Assembly (NCBI GenBank): GCA_951406725.2
Contig: OX597825.1
Coordinates: 45,694,001 to 45,758,000 of the forward strand
Length of the DNA stretch: 64,000 nt
Source: Octopus vulgaris
Lineage: Eukaryota
Direction: 5' to 3'
A program made the position numbers and the translations under genes. The number at the start of each line of letters is the position of its first letter. Positions within the stretch are counted from its first letter, which is position 1. The notes under the pieces are model-generated. The model searched no databases and was not told the DNA's origin. It saw nothing but the letters and a program-made list of their open reading frames with translations. This document shows, piece after piece, positions 25,336 through 38,863 of this stretch.

Positions 25336-25644
25336 GTTTTACTTATTTGAATATATATTTTTTCTTAAGAAATTTGGTCCATATTGTGTGTGATGAAATT
25401 CACGAGTGAATGACTTCCCAAGGAAATAAATAAAGGGAGGTAATTGGTTGTCATTACTATTGTTATTGTTGTGGGTAAGGGAGATAACTGTTCAGCTTTC
25501 GGTAATGGGTGGGGATTATATATGTGTACAGACAGAGACAAGTTTTAAAAACCTTGTTTAGTAGGGGATTTATTTACAGTGATGTAATCGTGAATTGAAA
25601 TATGTAAAAAGATAAAAGTTGGTTATGCATGCATATTAAGACAT

Positions 25645-25872
25645 TTTTTTTTTTTTTGTACTTGTTTCAGTCATTTGACTGCGGCCATGCTGGAGCACCG
25701 CCTTTAGAGTGGTGAAAGAGTACAGCAGGGATCACCACCTCCTGCCGGAGCCTCGTGGAACTTTTTAGGTGTTTTCGCTCAATAAACACACACAACGCCC
25801 GGTCTGGGAATCGAAACCGCGATCCTCCGACCGCAAGTCCGCTGCCCTAACCACTGGGCCATTGCGCCTCCA
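25645..25872 (-). mobile_element. tRNA-derived SINE, second head family with the shared tail
   Basis: Head ggaggcgcaatggcccagtggttagggcagcggact...ggtttcgattccc with box A/B. The tail is the same type as in the SINE at 2663. Confidence 0.85.
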
Positions 25873-26184
25873 CATGTTTTGTATTTTTCAATAAAAAAAG
25901 TTTCTTTATTTAAATGTTCTAGTTGAGAGATTGTCTTTGCACTGGTAGAAAGGGAAGACTGTGAAATTTGGTTTGATGTTACCTGCACATTTTTCTATAT
26001 GTTCACTGAGAGGAATTTGTCTGTATTGCGGGAAACGGATTTGCTCCTTATGTAGAGTGGTTCTCTTTCTCAAGGTCATACTCGTTTGTCCAATATAGTG
26101 GTGTCCGCAACCTGAGCAGGTTATTACATAAATTAGGTTTTCAGAGGCACAGGTGAAACTAGTTTTAATTGTGAACGTCTGTCC

Positions 26185-26229
<45 letters not shown>

Positions 26230-26269
26230 CTTTCATATAAGAGAACAAAGTGTATGTATGCTGCTATAT

Positions 26270-26936
26270 ATAAAAAATACAACATATGACAAGAACGCAT
26301 GACCTCCATAGTCGAGTTCCAGCTTATCTTTGCAATTTTGGCTGGTTATACTCAAGATTGCTCCAATCTGGCCAGTCCCAAGGAAAATCTAAGCTAAGAG
26401 CATTAGATTCTTTGGAAGAAAGCAGCGCATTTATACAAAAACAAGGACGGAAAAAGAAAAACGGAGACTGGTACACAAATGCAAGTAACAGGTGCTTTTC
26501 GACTAAGGACGAATTAAATTTAGCTGGCGTGTGCGGAAATAAAGCCTTACAGCAGGGACATAAGATTTGACAGGCACAGGGAGGAATATAGATGTTGCAC
26601 AGACAGCATCCGAATCAAGACAGAAAGGTCAGGCTTGGCCGAACTCAGGTCACGTGGTGGAGAGAAGAGAGAGGTAGAGGTAGAGGGACAGAAGAATTAA
26701 GGATGGGCAAGAAAAAATGACGGACACTGAAGTGAAAAGAGGAATGAAAGTGAGCACGAAGAGAAGGCAAGGAAATATGAGAGACGAGGAATAAAAGAAT
26801 GAAGAGTGGAATGAGTGAAGTAAGTATGAAAGGGCTGATAGAAAGAAAGAAAGAATAAAAGAAAGAATAGTCGTACAAAATTACAAGATTTAGATAAATA
26901 TATACTTACATATAAGAGATCAAAATGTATGTATGC

Positions 26937-26982
<46 letters not shown>

Positions 26983-27230
26983 ACAAAATGGGACAAGAAC
27001 GCAAAACATCCAGATATACGATACAAAGAAAACAAGGACGAGTCATTTAGAGTTTCTTTTCTCAGTTGAGTTTCAGATTATGTTTGCAATTTTGGCTGGT
27101 TTGAGGAAAGAAAACTCTGAATGACCCATCCTTATTTTCTTTGTATACGTCTATCTGGATGTTTTGTTGTCCCTTTTTTGTATCACCTAACTGTCTATAT
27201 GTTTTGTGTTCTTGTCCCATTTTGTATTTT
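26270..27230 (-). mobile_element. PLE pLTR-like non-coding repeat with terminal inversion and a decayed permuted HHR
   Basis: Internal repeat 26310-26347 / 27064-27101 and inverted segment about 26985-27064 vs 27102-27225, in (TA)n flanks. Confidence 0.5.
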
Positions 27231-27297
<67 letters not shown>

Positions 27298-27299
<2 letters not shown>

Positions 27300-28680
27300 T
27301 AGTATTGCGGGAAACGGATTTGCTCCTTATGTAGAGTGGTTCTCTTTCTCAAGGTCATACTCGTTTGTCCAATATAGTGGTGTCCGCAACCCGAGCAGGT
27401 TATTACATAAATTAGGTTTTCATAGGCACAGGTGAAACTAGTTTTAATTGTGAACCTCTGTTTGAAATTAAGTTAGGATTATTAAGCTAATCAAGCTCTT
27501 TATTTCAAACCAAACTAAGTAACATCGACGTCAAATTTGAGCGAAATTTGTTGAAATTGATAAACTTTTGGCTGAAAATGAGTTGCAGACAATTTGATTG
27601 GAAATCCCATGAAGAATTGGTTTATTGATTTTTTCCACTCATCAATTGTTTTTTTTTTTTTTCGTTTTTGTAGAACTTAAAACATTCAAAGATCCCATGA
27701 GTCCCATGTAATGCTGGCATCAAGTTTGAACAAAATACATCAAAATTGGTAAAAGTTATGGTTGAAAATGGGGTGTAGCCAATTTTAGTGGGAAGTCCTA
27801 TAAGGAATCAGATTATCAATTTTTTTATCCTGATTAAATGAAAAACCCCATAAGGAATCAGTTTATTGATTTTTCACTCCAAATAGGACTTAACCGAACA
27901 CAACATTGCTGATTCAAAAACATCTGTATTTATACTTTAAAGTTGGTTTTCAAATCCGACTCAGTTCTTCAGAATCAGTGTCACAACGGGAGCGCATTGG
28001 TTGGGAGTTTGATCGGCAGAGGTGATCAGGTTGCATATCCAACCCTTTTGAAAACACCCCTGCCATCATGTAACGCCCCTTTGCCCCCAATCCTCTGTGT
28101 GAGAAGCGCTTATGTTCAGATCACAACTAAGTATAGATATATATGGCTAACACACACACACAAATATATATGTACATACACCTATTGGATACATATTTTT
28201 TGTACGCCCTTGCCCCTGCCCCTGTTTCCCCCCTGAGTAATACCATCAATTGAAGCAAATTTGACACCCGGACATAAGTTTTGTAAGAGGAATAGAGAGG
28301 CCTACCATCTCCCACAGAGATGTGAGAGTCAGATCTCTCCTTTCGAAAACATGAACAGTTTCGAAACATTGTTTACAAAATGCAAATTTTGCACCCGGAT
28401 ATAAGTTTTGTAAGAGGAATGGAGAGGCCTACCTTCCCCCGCAGAGATGTGTCAGGTCTCTCCTTTCGAAAACATGAACAGTTTCAAAACATTGTTTACA
28501 AAATAATAGCTGATCGTTTGCGAAGGAGCATGTCTACAGTCAACACTTATGATTTTTGCTCTGGTACCTTCTGCTCTCTCCCATGTTCATGCACGACCAG
28601 CTATATATTGCTATGAGTAGAGCAACGGATTCAGTTGATTTGGAAATTAGTTGTGGAGAAACGGTGAATATCGTTTATAT

Positions 28681-28714
<34 letters not shown>

Positions 28715-29190
28715 GGGCAACACACACACACACACATTACATACAAGTGTTTTGTATGCATACATGTTCGTATTTGTGTGTGTGTGTGTGTGTGTGTGTG
28801 AGACAAGTCATTTACACATACATACATACATAACAACCCCTGTCTGTTTTTGCCTGTCAATCACTCACTAAAAAGACGAAATTTTAAAAATCTGTTATCT
28901 CTCTCTTTCCCTCTCTTTACACCGTCGCTAGATGGGGACTTAACTCATATTTGCAAATGATGTTGTATTTCTCCGACTTGAAAATTGTTAGAAGTTATGG
29001 TTCAAAATTATTTTTGCAGCTATTCGATAGTGCCTCGGGGGAAAATAATTTGACAAAAATACAGCTAGGATTGTGACGAATGTCCTCCTAAAATTTGAGC
29101 AACATGCGTGCTAATTTGTGGATGTGCATAAACTACATTCATGTATACACACATACACACACACACATCCTGCCTGTTATATATACAGAT
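27298..29190. mobile_element. Helitron-derived region
   Basis: Minus-strand CTAG end at about 27300, duplicated at 26024-26177. It contains a helicase motif remnant (HDQLYIAMSRAT, about 28590-28630) and a tandem duplication of about 127 bp (28255-28500). Confidence 0.5.
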
Positions 29191-29201
29191 ATATATATAT
29201 A

Positions 29202-29343
29202 CTATTGTGTCTGGGGAGAGTCATTTTCTTTTTGTGCCTTATAATTTAACACACCGGTAAAATTTCCACTTATTTCTTATTTTATCGGTGAGTGTGTTAA
29301 ATTATCTGGCGCAAAAAGAAAATACTCGCCCCAGACACAACAG
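29202..29343. mobile_element. Small fold-back MITE
   Basis: Imperfect TIRs of about 55 bp: ttgtgtctgggg.gagt.attttctttttg.gcc...ataatttaacac and the reverse complement. Confidence 0.7.
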
Positions 29344-29589
29344 AATATGCTTCAACACATGAACTCATATAAAGTCTCTTGCAAACCAAATCCCAAAACG
29401 AAATATATATATATAGTGGCATACGTGCACTTTGGTCTCTTTATGTAAGTATATATTTATCTAAATCTTGTACGACTCTAACCCTTATTAAATTACCTAT
29501 GACATGTACAGGGTCCCTCTGCCAGCTGCCAAGTGTTTTCATGTGATAACAACAGTTCCCCATCTGTTGTTCCTCAACAGACCACAACT

Positions 29590-32100
29590 TCAGAGTGGCT
29601 ACAATCAACATTGATACAATGAAAGGTAGGACCAATGAAATTGTTGAAATGCTAGAGAGGGGATATTGTAGATGTGTGCTGTGTGCAAAAGATAATATAG
29701 AGGAGAGCTTCAGCTAGATTCTTCACTGGCAAAGAGTACAGCTACAGATTCTTTTGCCAGAAAAAATGAGTAGACAAAGTAATTGTGGAAGTTAAGATGA
29801 AACTAGTTTTAGGTAAATTAACAGTTACATTTATCTTTGCCTCTGATCCACAACCCCAATTGGCAGATGGTCAGTGGGACCAATTTTATAAGGTCCTTTT
29901 ATAGACTACCTCAGCAACAAATGACACTGACTTTATTTTTGTGGTTAATGACTTCAGCAAACACATTCAGTGGCAATCCATGGTGTATATGAAGGGTATG
30001 GCTTTGGCTTTAGAATTGAGGAAGGGACAATGCAAACAACTTGATTATCTACAAGGGTGACATAGTGGAAAGACTGGGAAAGTGGTAGTAGCAAAGAATT
30101 ATATCAGGTAGCCAGCAGGGAAACTAGACAATAGGTTTACATTGCAAAAAGAGAAGCAGAAAGTAGATTTGCTAATGTTGCAGATAGATAATGGCACACC
30201 TACACTTGGTGGCTTTGAAAAGAGGTATGAAAGTATTATGAAAGACTTGTTAAATGTGGAGAATTCTTGGGAGAAAGAGGGTCTTCATATTATGGACCTT
30301 ACAGAGGGACCAGCTATGTTAGTTGACAACAGTATGATAAATAAAGCAGTGAAGAATGTGAAAAGAGGAAAGCCCCTGGACCATCTGGAATCACTACTGA
30401 GGTGCTTAAAATACCTGGTAAAGTAGGATATGCCCTAGACACCTGTATTGTCAATCAGGTTGTTCAGGGAGGTTTTAGTTCAATGACTGGTGTAGTAGCA
30501 TTATAGTGAGATGTTACAAGAGTAAATGAGATGCCCTAGATAGAAGTAATTACAGATGTATCAAATTGTTGGACCAGGTAACGAAAGTTATGGAGAGTTA
30601 TAGTCCAATTTAGGATCTTTTCCCTTTGAACAGCAGATTGAGAAATTAATTTTTTGTTACTAAACACTTTCAAACTTTCATCTTTTCCTCTTAGCGTTTT
30701 TGAGAAAAGTTTCTATTTACGAAGTTATTTTGTGTTAAAGTTGTCGTATTTCAGCAATTTCAACCAATCAATGACGTGTATTCAGCTGAATAAAATTACT
30801 GCCATTGTTCGTCAACAACAACTATAGGTGGTGTATATTTCGTTTGTCACTTATTTATGATATATTTCATCTTAGTTACGTTTGTATGAGTGTATCTGAA
30901 GCTTGTTTACTTCATGGCACTACCATAATCGTTTGTACATTTCTACTGCTTTTAGTCTTTTTTTTCCTGTTTTTCAGCTACTATTTTTGGAAAGACTTTT
31001 TTGCCCCCCCCCTCCCCTCCCATTTCTTCATTTTTCACTTTTTTCCGTAATTCTAACCCTAAAACCCTAACTCTAAAACTCTAACCCTAACACTAAACCC
31101 CTAACCCTAAAACCCTAAAGCTAAAACCAGTACAAACGCACAAACAATGTCGATGAACAACAGCAGTAATTTTATTCAACTGAATACCCGTCATTGATTG
31201 GTTGAAATTACCGAAATACGACAACTTTAACACGAAATAACTTCGTAAAAAGAAACTTTTCTCAAAAACACTAAGAGTAAAAGATGTTTTATATGACACA
31301 TTCTACCAGTGTCCGAAGTTTGAAAATGTTTAGTTACAAAAAATTTAATTTCTCGATCTACCATTCAAAGGGAAAAGATCCCCAATTTATTAGGAACAAA
31401 ATTAGTTTCGATTATATGTGGTTTGGTTTTGTGCCAGGGTGAAGTACAATTGATACCTCGTCTTAGGCAGCTGCAAGAGAAATATTTTACTAAAAGTAAA
31501 TCATTGTACTTGGTATTTGATGATCTAGAGAAAACCTTCAATAGGGTCCTTCACTCTATTGCAGTCATGTACATAGGTGCTCTCAGTAGAGTAAGAATCA
31601 GTCAAGAGTGCAGCTATGAATTTAGTGTACATGTAGTTCACCAGGGCTTGATAATCAAACTCCTTCTATTCATCAGTGTCCTCCAAGCCATAGAGGAATT
31701 TAAGACTGGCTGCCGAGGGGCAGCCAGCCTTTTACTAATCCCATTCTTATAGTGGAATCTGTAACAGCTTTGAAAAAGAAATTTCAGGTATGGAAGCAAA
31801 ACCTGGAATCAAAGTGTCTTGAAGTTAACCTAGCAAAGAATAAATTTGTAGTAAGCAAGAATACAGATAGGACATTCTTCTCAAAGTGCAAATGTATTGA
31901 GAGAAAAATGAGGTATGGGGGAAATGGATGTAACATGCAAGAGAGAAAACTGCAGTAGTTTGGTCAAATGGTGTATATGGACGAGGACAGCAGCATAAAG
32001 AAGTGACAGTCATTTAAAGTGAATGAAACTTATAGAAATGGGAGACTCGAGAAGATGTGGAATAAAGTGGTGAGGGCTGGTCTTGAGATGATTGGCAATT
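29590..32100 (+). mobile_element. Old degraded RTE LINE interrupted by a MITE
   Basis: Remnant APE (ATINIDTMKGRTNEIVEMLER) and RT motifs (RQLQEKY, DLEKTFNRV, EEFKTGC). Confidence 0.7.
30613..31381. mobile_element. MITE with about 200-bp TIRs, 8-bp TSD and internal (TAACCC)-like repeats
   Basis: GGATCTTTTCCCTTTGAA ends. The TSD ccaattta lies at 30605-30612 and 31382-31389. Degenerate telomeric repeats occur at about 31052-31120. Confidence 0.88.
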
Positions 32101-35093
32101 TGCTATGCTTGAAACATCTGTCTGTCACAGTGAAAGTGAGATCCTAAAAGTATTATGCTTAGCCTGTCAAGCATCCCCTGCCACCAAATTTCATCTTCCT
32201 AACACCCATCCTACCATCACTCTTATAACAATGGTACCACCAAGCTGCTGCAATCATTTGTGAGCAGAAGCAACACATACCCCATCCTGCACCTCCTATT
32301 ATCTCATTATCACTTCTGTCCATACTTCTTTCCACTAATCTCCCTCCCTCTTCTATGCCTTTCAGTGATCTCTTCCACCATTCAAAGCTACACCTTTGTC
32401 TGCCATACTTCATATTTAACATCTATCTACTATCATTTTCAACCTCCTAACATATCCACTATCAATACTCACTTCATCTTTGTTGCCTCACTAACTACAG
32501 TCACCTTCATATACGACTAACTTCCATTTCTGTTACAGTTCATCCTACTACTCCTTTTACTGTCACCTCGGCACATCTTTGTTTCTCTGATCTATCCACA
32601 GATAGATGGTGCTTCTGCTTCCTACACCTCCTGTACTGATGCTTGTCGCTTTCTCCTTTCTGAGTCACTTCTATCTCTTTCACCTCTTCATAAGATACCA
32701 TCAATCATACTTTCACCGTCTTCACTCACTACATTCACCTCTAGTCAATTTCTACCTATCTGTCACTTTCCTCTCATGAAATTACCCACACTTTCTTTCC
32801 CTCCTGATCCACATTTTATATTCTCCCATCCTGTCTCTAACATCTTTGTCTCCCAGCTACTCTCAATCACCCTAGCATTATGCAGGAAAACCATGTTATA
32901 TCCTCTATAGCCAGATACCTGTGCTTGCCCCTAACTAGTGTCCTCAATAGTGCTGGTATCACAATAAAGCACCCATAACATGATGTAAAGTGGTTGGCAT
33001 TAGGAAGGACATCCAATGGTAGAACATTTGCCAAAGCTGACATTGCAGTCACTCAAATTGTCCTACCAGTGCCAGCATGGAAAACAGGTATTAAATGATT
33101 TTATATCATCATCATCATCATCATTATCATCATCATTTAACGTCTGCTGTCCATGCTGGCATGGGTTGGACAGTTTGACTAGGCTGGAAGACTACGCCAG
33201 GATCCAGTTTGATTTGGAATGGTTTTCTACAGCTGGATGTCCTTCATAATACCAGTATATACAATATCTATATTCATCATCACTTTACACCTGCTTTCCA
33301 TGATGCTATAGACAGGATGGATAATTGTTGCTCTCTTACATAGGTACAGAGGAGCACATTTTGCTTGTAAGGTTCATTTTTGGCTTCTTTTCTACTTCTG
33401 CCACTTTACAGTGTGTACTAGGTGCATTTTATTTTGGCACCTGCAATAGAGAGGATATGGGTAAGAAAGAGATGGATAAATCAAGAAAGTGAATGATGGG
33501 TGTCAATACTAAATAGTCTGGTGGCTGGTAGAAGTAGAGTGTATATCTAGTGAGATCCTTTATGCAAATACCTCATGCAGGATGAGAAAGTTAGGATAAT
33601 AAGGAAGAGAAAGCAAAGTAGTTTCTCTTTGAAAGAAATAGCTATATACAGATCTGTTTTCCTGCTAACCAGTAGTGTCCATAAGAGAGTGGTGGTGCAT
33701 GCTTTAAGCTGGTCACCTGTGAGTGGCTATAGCAGTCAAGAACAATGGATGATGATGACAGCACTACAACTTAAGCCACCCTGCTGCTGCTACACAGGCT
33801 ACTGTGTTTTTCTTGACATACAAAAACATCACAAACTGTTGAAATTTTCTAACTTGATGTAAACATTTTTTTTATCATTGGTCATGATGACAATGTATTG
33901 TTTTAGTTAATGATAAAATAAATATTTTTGTATGTAAAATTTTAAACAGAATTTGTGTTCTTGCATTCATCAATATCAACTCAACTCAGTGAGAAATATG
34001 TCATTGTTACTGTTAGTGACCATGTCTAAAGAACATTATGCTGCTTATCAAACATACCATGCAAGTTCACAAACACTGCTGGTATGTCAGTCAAATCATC
34101 TCTGCAAATCTTTCCTTCATCAGATTTTCCTTGTCATAGTCTTGTCCAAACTGCTACCATCTCTGTCATTGATATGACTATGTACAAGTTGCTCATGCAT
34201 ACATTTGGTGCACACACCTGACTTATGTACATGCATGCATTTTCAATCAGATCTTCTTTCCTAGTATTTTTACAATTATATCCCGTTTTTCTTTGCCTTT
34301 TTTGCACTTCAAGTTGGTGCAGTTTTTTATGTATAAGCACTATGTATAAGTACATAGAAAACATCAGTCAGTACTCCAGCTTACTAAATAACCTGCTTGC
34401 TATCTATGCAATTTAACCATGCTCCTATTCTAATGCATATTCCTGTTCATGCTTCACATCTGCACTTTCTGCTTCATTCTCATTTCGTTCAGTTCATTAT
34501 TAGCAGTGATTTCACTGCCAAAGTTTCCTGCTACAGGAATATTTGGGGGCCCTAAACACCAACTCAGTGCCTAGAAATCACACCTGGATTACTGTATCCA
34601 ATACAAAAACAGCTAAATGACATTAACACAATTTACCCATTCCTTGATGACTTCAAGGACCATCTGGATTTCTAATAAACATTTACAATTCCCTTTTTGG
34701 TACTATTTTCTCTTTGAAAGAATTGCTATATACAGATCTGATTTCTTTCTAAACAGAGTGACCATAAGAGATTGGTGGTTCATGCTTCAAGACAGTCATC
34801 TGTGAGTGTGGCCTTAGCAGACAACACTAATGGATGTCAACAATGGCAACACACTTTAAACCACTCCTCTACTAGAATCACATGATGAAGTCTGTTTTGT
34901 TTTTCTCTCAATGTCCAAAAACATCATAAACTGTTTTTAACTTGATGTAAAAGTTTCTCTGTTGTTGATCATGACTAACAATGCACTATTTTGTTTAACA
35001 ATAAAATATTTTTGATCTTGCATTCATCAGTATTAATACAACTCTACTAAATCATTTCAATAGTGATAACTCAAAACAGAAATATATTTTATT

Positions 35094-35244
<151 letters not shown>

Positions 35245-37469
35245 ACTTTGACTTAACTGTTGTGGGTATAAGACACATCCACGTCATTAGATGTTCAGAA
35301 ACAAAATAGACAAAATTTAGAAGAAAGTTAAATTGGCTTCTGTGGAAGAATATTTAGGCCTTTAGTTCGTTTCATCTGGTAGTTTTTACAGTTATAGGAC
35401 ATTGGTTATTTTATTGGTAGGTTTCACATTGTTGAGCAGATAGGTTGTTGGCATTCTTCAGAGTGTGATATTTCAGAGATATCAATTTGTTATATTTAGT
35501 GTTGCACGTGGTAAGGTAGACAAGATAAGATACAGTTAGTAGTCATTTTGTTGGGTGTGGTATTCCAGGAACAACAATTATTATGGGGGAAAGTAACTGG
35601 CTTGTTGGTGTCAAGTTTGATAAGCTTTTTTATGTGCTTGAGTCTCTTTTCTTGCATTGCCTTGGACAGAAATTATTTCTTCCTTATCTTGTATGAAAAG
35701 CAGCGATTGTTATGTACCACTAGCCTGATGAGCTTTTCATCCATACCTTTTCCTGTGCAATGGCAAGTATTGCCTTGCTGGGATTGTTGTTGATGACCAC
35801 CTGGATTTTTGCAACAAATTCTGATGTTCCAATGGTGTCAGATTTGTTGATCATTGGTTTTCATCTCTGCTGTCACCTCACAGCTGAATCCTGAATCTTC
35901 CAGCTCCTTTCTGATCTTTTCCACTATCCTTCTACTGACATTGAGGAAGTCTGAAGTCTTTGTCCTTTGTAAAAAAAAAAAGAAATAAAGCAAAAATGGT
36001 TATTGTTTTTAAGAAGAAAAAGACCAATTGCAAAAAGAAAAATGCATATAATTAGCAGTTGAAAATTGCAAACGAATACTATCTGCACCCTGTATATACA
36101 CAAGTTTAATGCCAGTTTCGCCATACTTGCACAGGTAGGTAGGTAGGTCTGCTCCCATACAAGTCTTCCTTGGTTTCCCTCTTTCACTTAAATATTTGGC
36201 ATTTCTTTATACAACTATCCTCCTTCATACACATCATATGTCTGTACAAATGCAGATTCTCTTTTGCACACTACATCTGGTTCTTATATTCATTTTTTTC
36301 TCTTACCTCTTTTAGTCTCTGTCATTCATGCACACTTGTAATTCACATTTAGTAGAGCATATACTCATCTTTTCTTTCTAATACTCACAAATTCTCTGCA
36401 TTTGAGAACCATTTTATCACCATGCGGTATCACATTTTGCATACGCATCATACAATCTGCTCTTCACTGCAATGGAAAAGCCTTTTGTTGCTAGCAGAGG
36501 TGCCCTGAACTTTTTCTAATTAGTTCTTTCTCTGGCTACTGTGCTTTCTGAATACCCACTCCCTCACTTAATAAGATATTCTAGGTGACAGATGTCATCA
36601 ACTACTATAGTGCTGCTTAGGGTATCAGAAAGAATTTGTTTTGCATGTGTATTGCTACTTAATTTGTCTGTTTAACTTTCCTGTGGTTTCACCACACCTC
36701 TTGTGTATTCACAATTTACACTGTACACAATATGGAATTCATTTCCCTTTTCTACATAAGGGTATGACCATTTCCCTAATGTTTCCAGGGACTTTGTTTT
36801 GTTCTCATGACTGGAATTTCTTTTCTAATTTTCCTATAGAGTTAGCTACGAAAAAAGGACATCAGCATATAGTAATTTCTATGGGCAGCCAATTTTAAAC
36901 CCTTCATAGAGGACTATGATGTACAGTAAGGGGATGAAGCTAAGTGCATCATTTTATTCATTAATAACTCAGCTTTCTGAGTTCATCTCTGTACATCGCT
37001 TGTATAGTTCTAACAAATTATTTGCCTACTCCAGTAACTTTCATAACCTGATCTAACAGTTTCATACTTTTGTAATTTTCTGTTTACCATGTCTTCTTAG
37101 CTCATGTGGTAAGATAATGCTATAAAGCCAGTTGTTGAATATGGCACTCTTCAGTACTACCTGATTTACTATGTGGATGATTAGCCCATGTTCCACTTCA
37201 TCAGACATTTTAAGCATTTCAGAAGTAATTTCTGATGTCCAATGTGCCTTTCTTCTTTTATTTCCTTAATAATTTCATCTACAAGGTGATGTCAACATGA
37301 ATGGCTAGTTTCACCATTTGTGCTATTTGGTGTAGATGCTCCTTATCCCTTACAGTTTTCCCATTCAATAATTTGTTGGAATAGCACTCCCAAACCACTT
37401 TTGTTTCAGTGTCAGCAACAGTGATATTATTCCATACAGATTTGTGTGTGTGTGTTATATATGTAAGTA

Positions 37470-38625
37470 TGAGGGTGGGCTGAAGAATTTGTAGGCTGAC
37501 TATGAAGGAGTGATGCTAGAGCTGTGAAATCTTGCATGCATTGATTTCAACACTTCTTAATAACTGCATTATCTCTTTCCAGGTGAACTGACATCTGACT
37601 GTTCAAAGAAGACTTCAAAAGTAACTGGTAGCAACTTCTCTTGAAATTGGACAAAGTTTGGCATTGTTCAGAAAAAGGGCTTAGCCCCCAAGGACATGCT
37701 GACATAGTTGCTATATTAGGGGATGAGGTTCTAGCTTTATCAACAGTGCAAAGGTGGACAGCTTAATTTAGGAAGAGAAGGGAGAGTCTTGAAGATGACC
37801 CAAGGCCTGGACATCTTGCCACTGATACCACTAAGGAAAAAAACACCATGTTTACTATAAATCAAATAGCCTATGCTATTAGCATATCCTCTGTGAGAAT
37901 TGAGAATATTCTGCACAACAAACTTGGCTTGATGGTTTCTGCTCAGTGGGTGCCATGTCTTTCAGCACCAGGTTGTTCACATCACAGAAAAACCATAACA
38001 TTGTCTGAAGCAGATCCAGCTGATTTCCTTGAACGTTTCTTAACCCAGGATGAGCGTTGGATTCATCACTTTGAGCCAAAAAGACAATCCATGTTGTGGA
38101 AACACCCCTCCTCACCTGTTCCAAAAAAGGCCAAGGTCGTTTCATTTGCAAGGAAGATGATGACCATAGTTTTTGGGATGCAAAAAGCATTGTTTATTGA
38201 CTGTTTTCAAAAGGCCTACATCATCATAGAAGAGTACTATGCCAACTTGCAGAGGCAGTTGCAAAAGGCTATCAAGACCAAACACTCAAGAAAACTTATG
38301 AAAGGAGACTTGTTTCATTAGGACAGTGCTCCAGTACACAATTCTTAGGTTTCAATGGCTGCTGGACATGACTGTGGCTTTGAACTGGTTAATCACCCTC
38401 CTTGTTCTCCTGGTTTAGCCCCATCTATCATCTATTCCCCAGCATGAAAAAAACTCTTGGCTAGGAAGCAGTATTGCAGTGATGATGATAACTTTTTTTT
38501 TTACCAATGGGATGAAGGCTTCTTCAATGAGATCCAAGCAATGCAACACTGGAAGAAGTGTGTGGACTGCAAAGGGACTAAGTTGTAAAATAAATCTCAT
38601 ATAGTCACATTCCAAGAAGGTATCT
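37470..38625 (+). mobile_element. Old degraded mariner
   Basis: WVPCL, FLTQDERWIHHFEP and YYANL remnants, with a left TIR-like tatgagggtgggctgaag. Confidence 0.8.
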
Positions 38626-38863
38626 TGAGCCTTGTGAGTGTGTGTGTGAATTAGTTCACATTACTCTATAAGGAACATAGGATGCTACTCCATTGCAAGA
38701 TTACTCATTCTTACTAACTGAGTGGACTAGAGCAACATGAAACGAAGTGTTTTGTTCAAGAATACAATGCATCACTTGGTTCAGGAATCAGAAATCTTGA
38801 TGTTATGATCATGGGTCAAACATACTAACCACTAAGCTATATGTGTGTGTGTATGTATATGTA

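Noticed and set aside
25795-25872. tRNA gene
   Set aside because: The tRNA-like sequence is a SINE head: there is no closed acceptor stem and it continues into the SINE body and tail.
31052-31120. Chromosome end or true telomere
   Set aside because: The repeats are short, degenerate and enclosed within a MITE.
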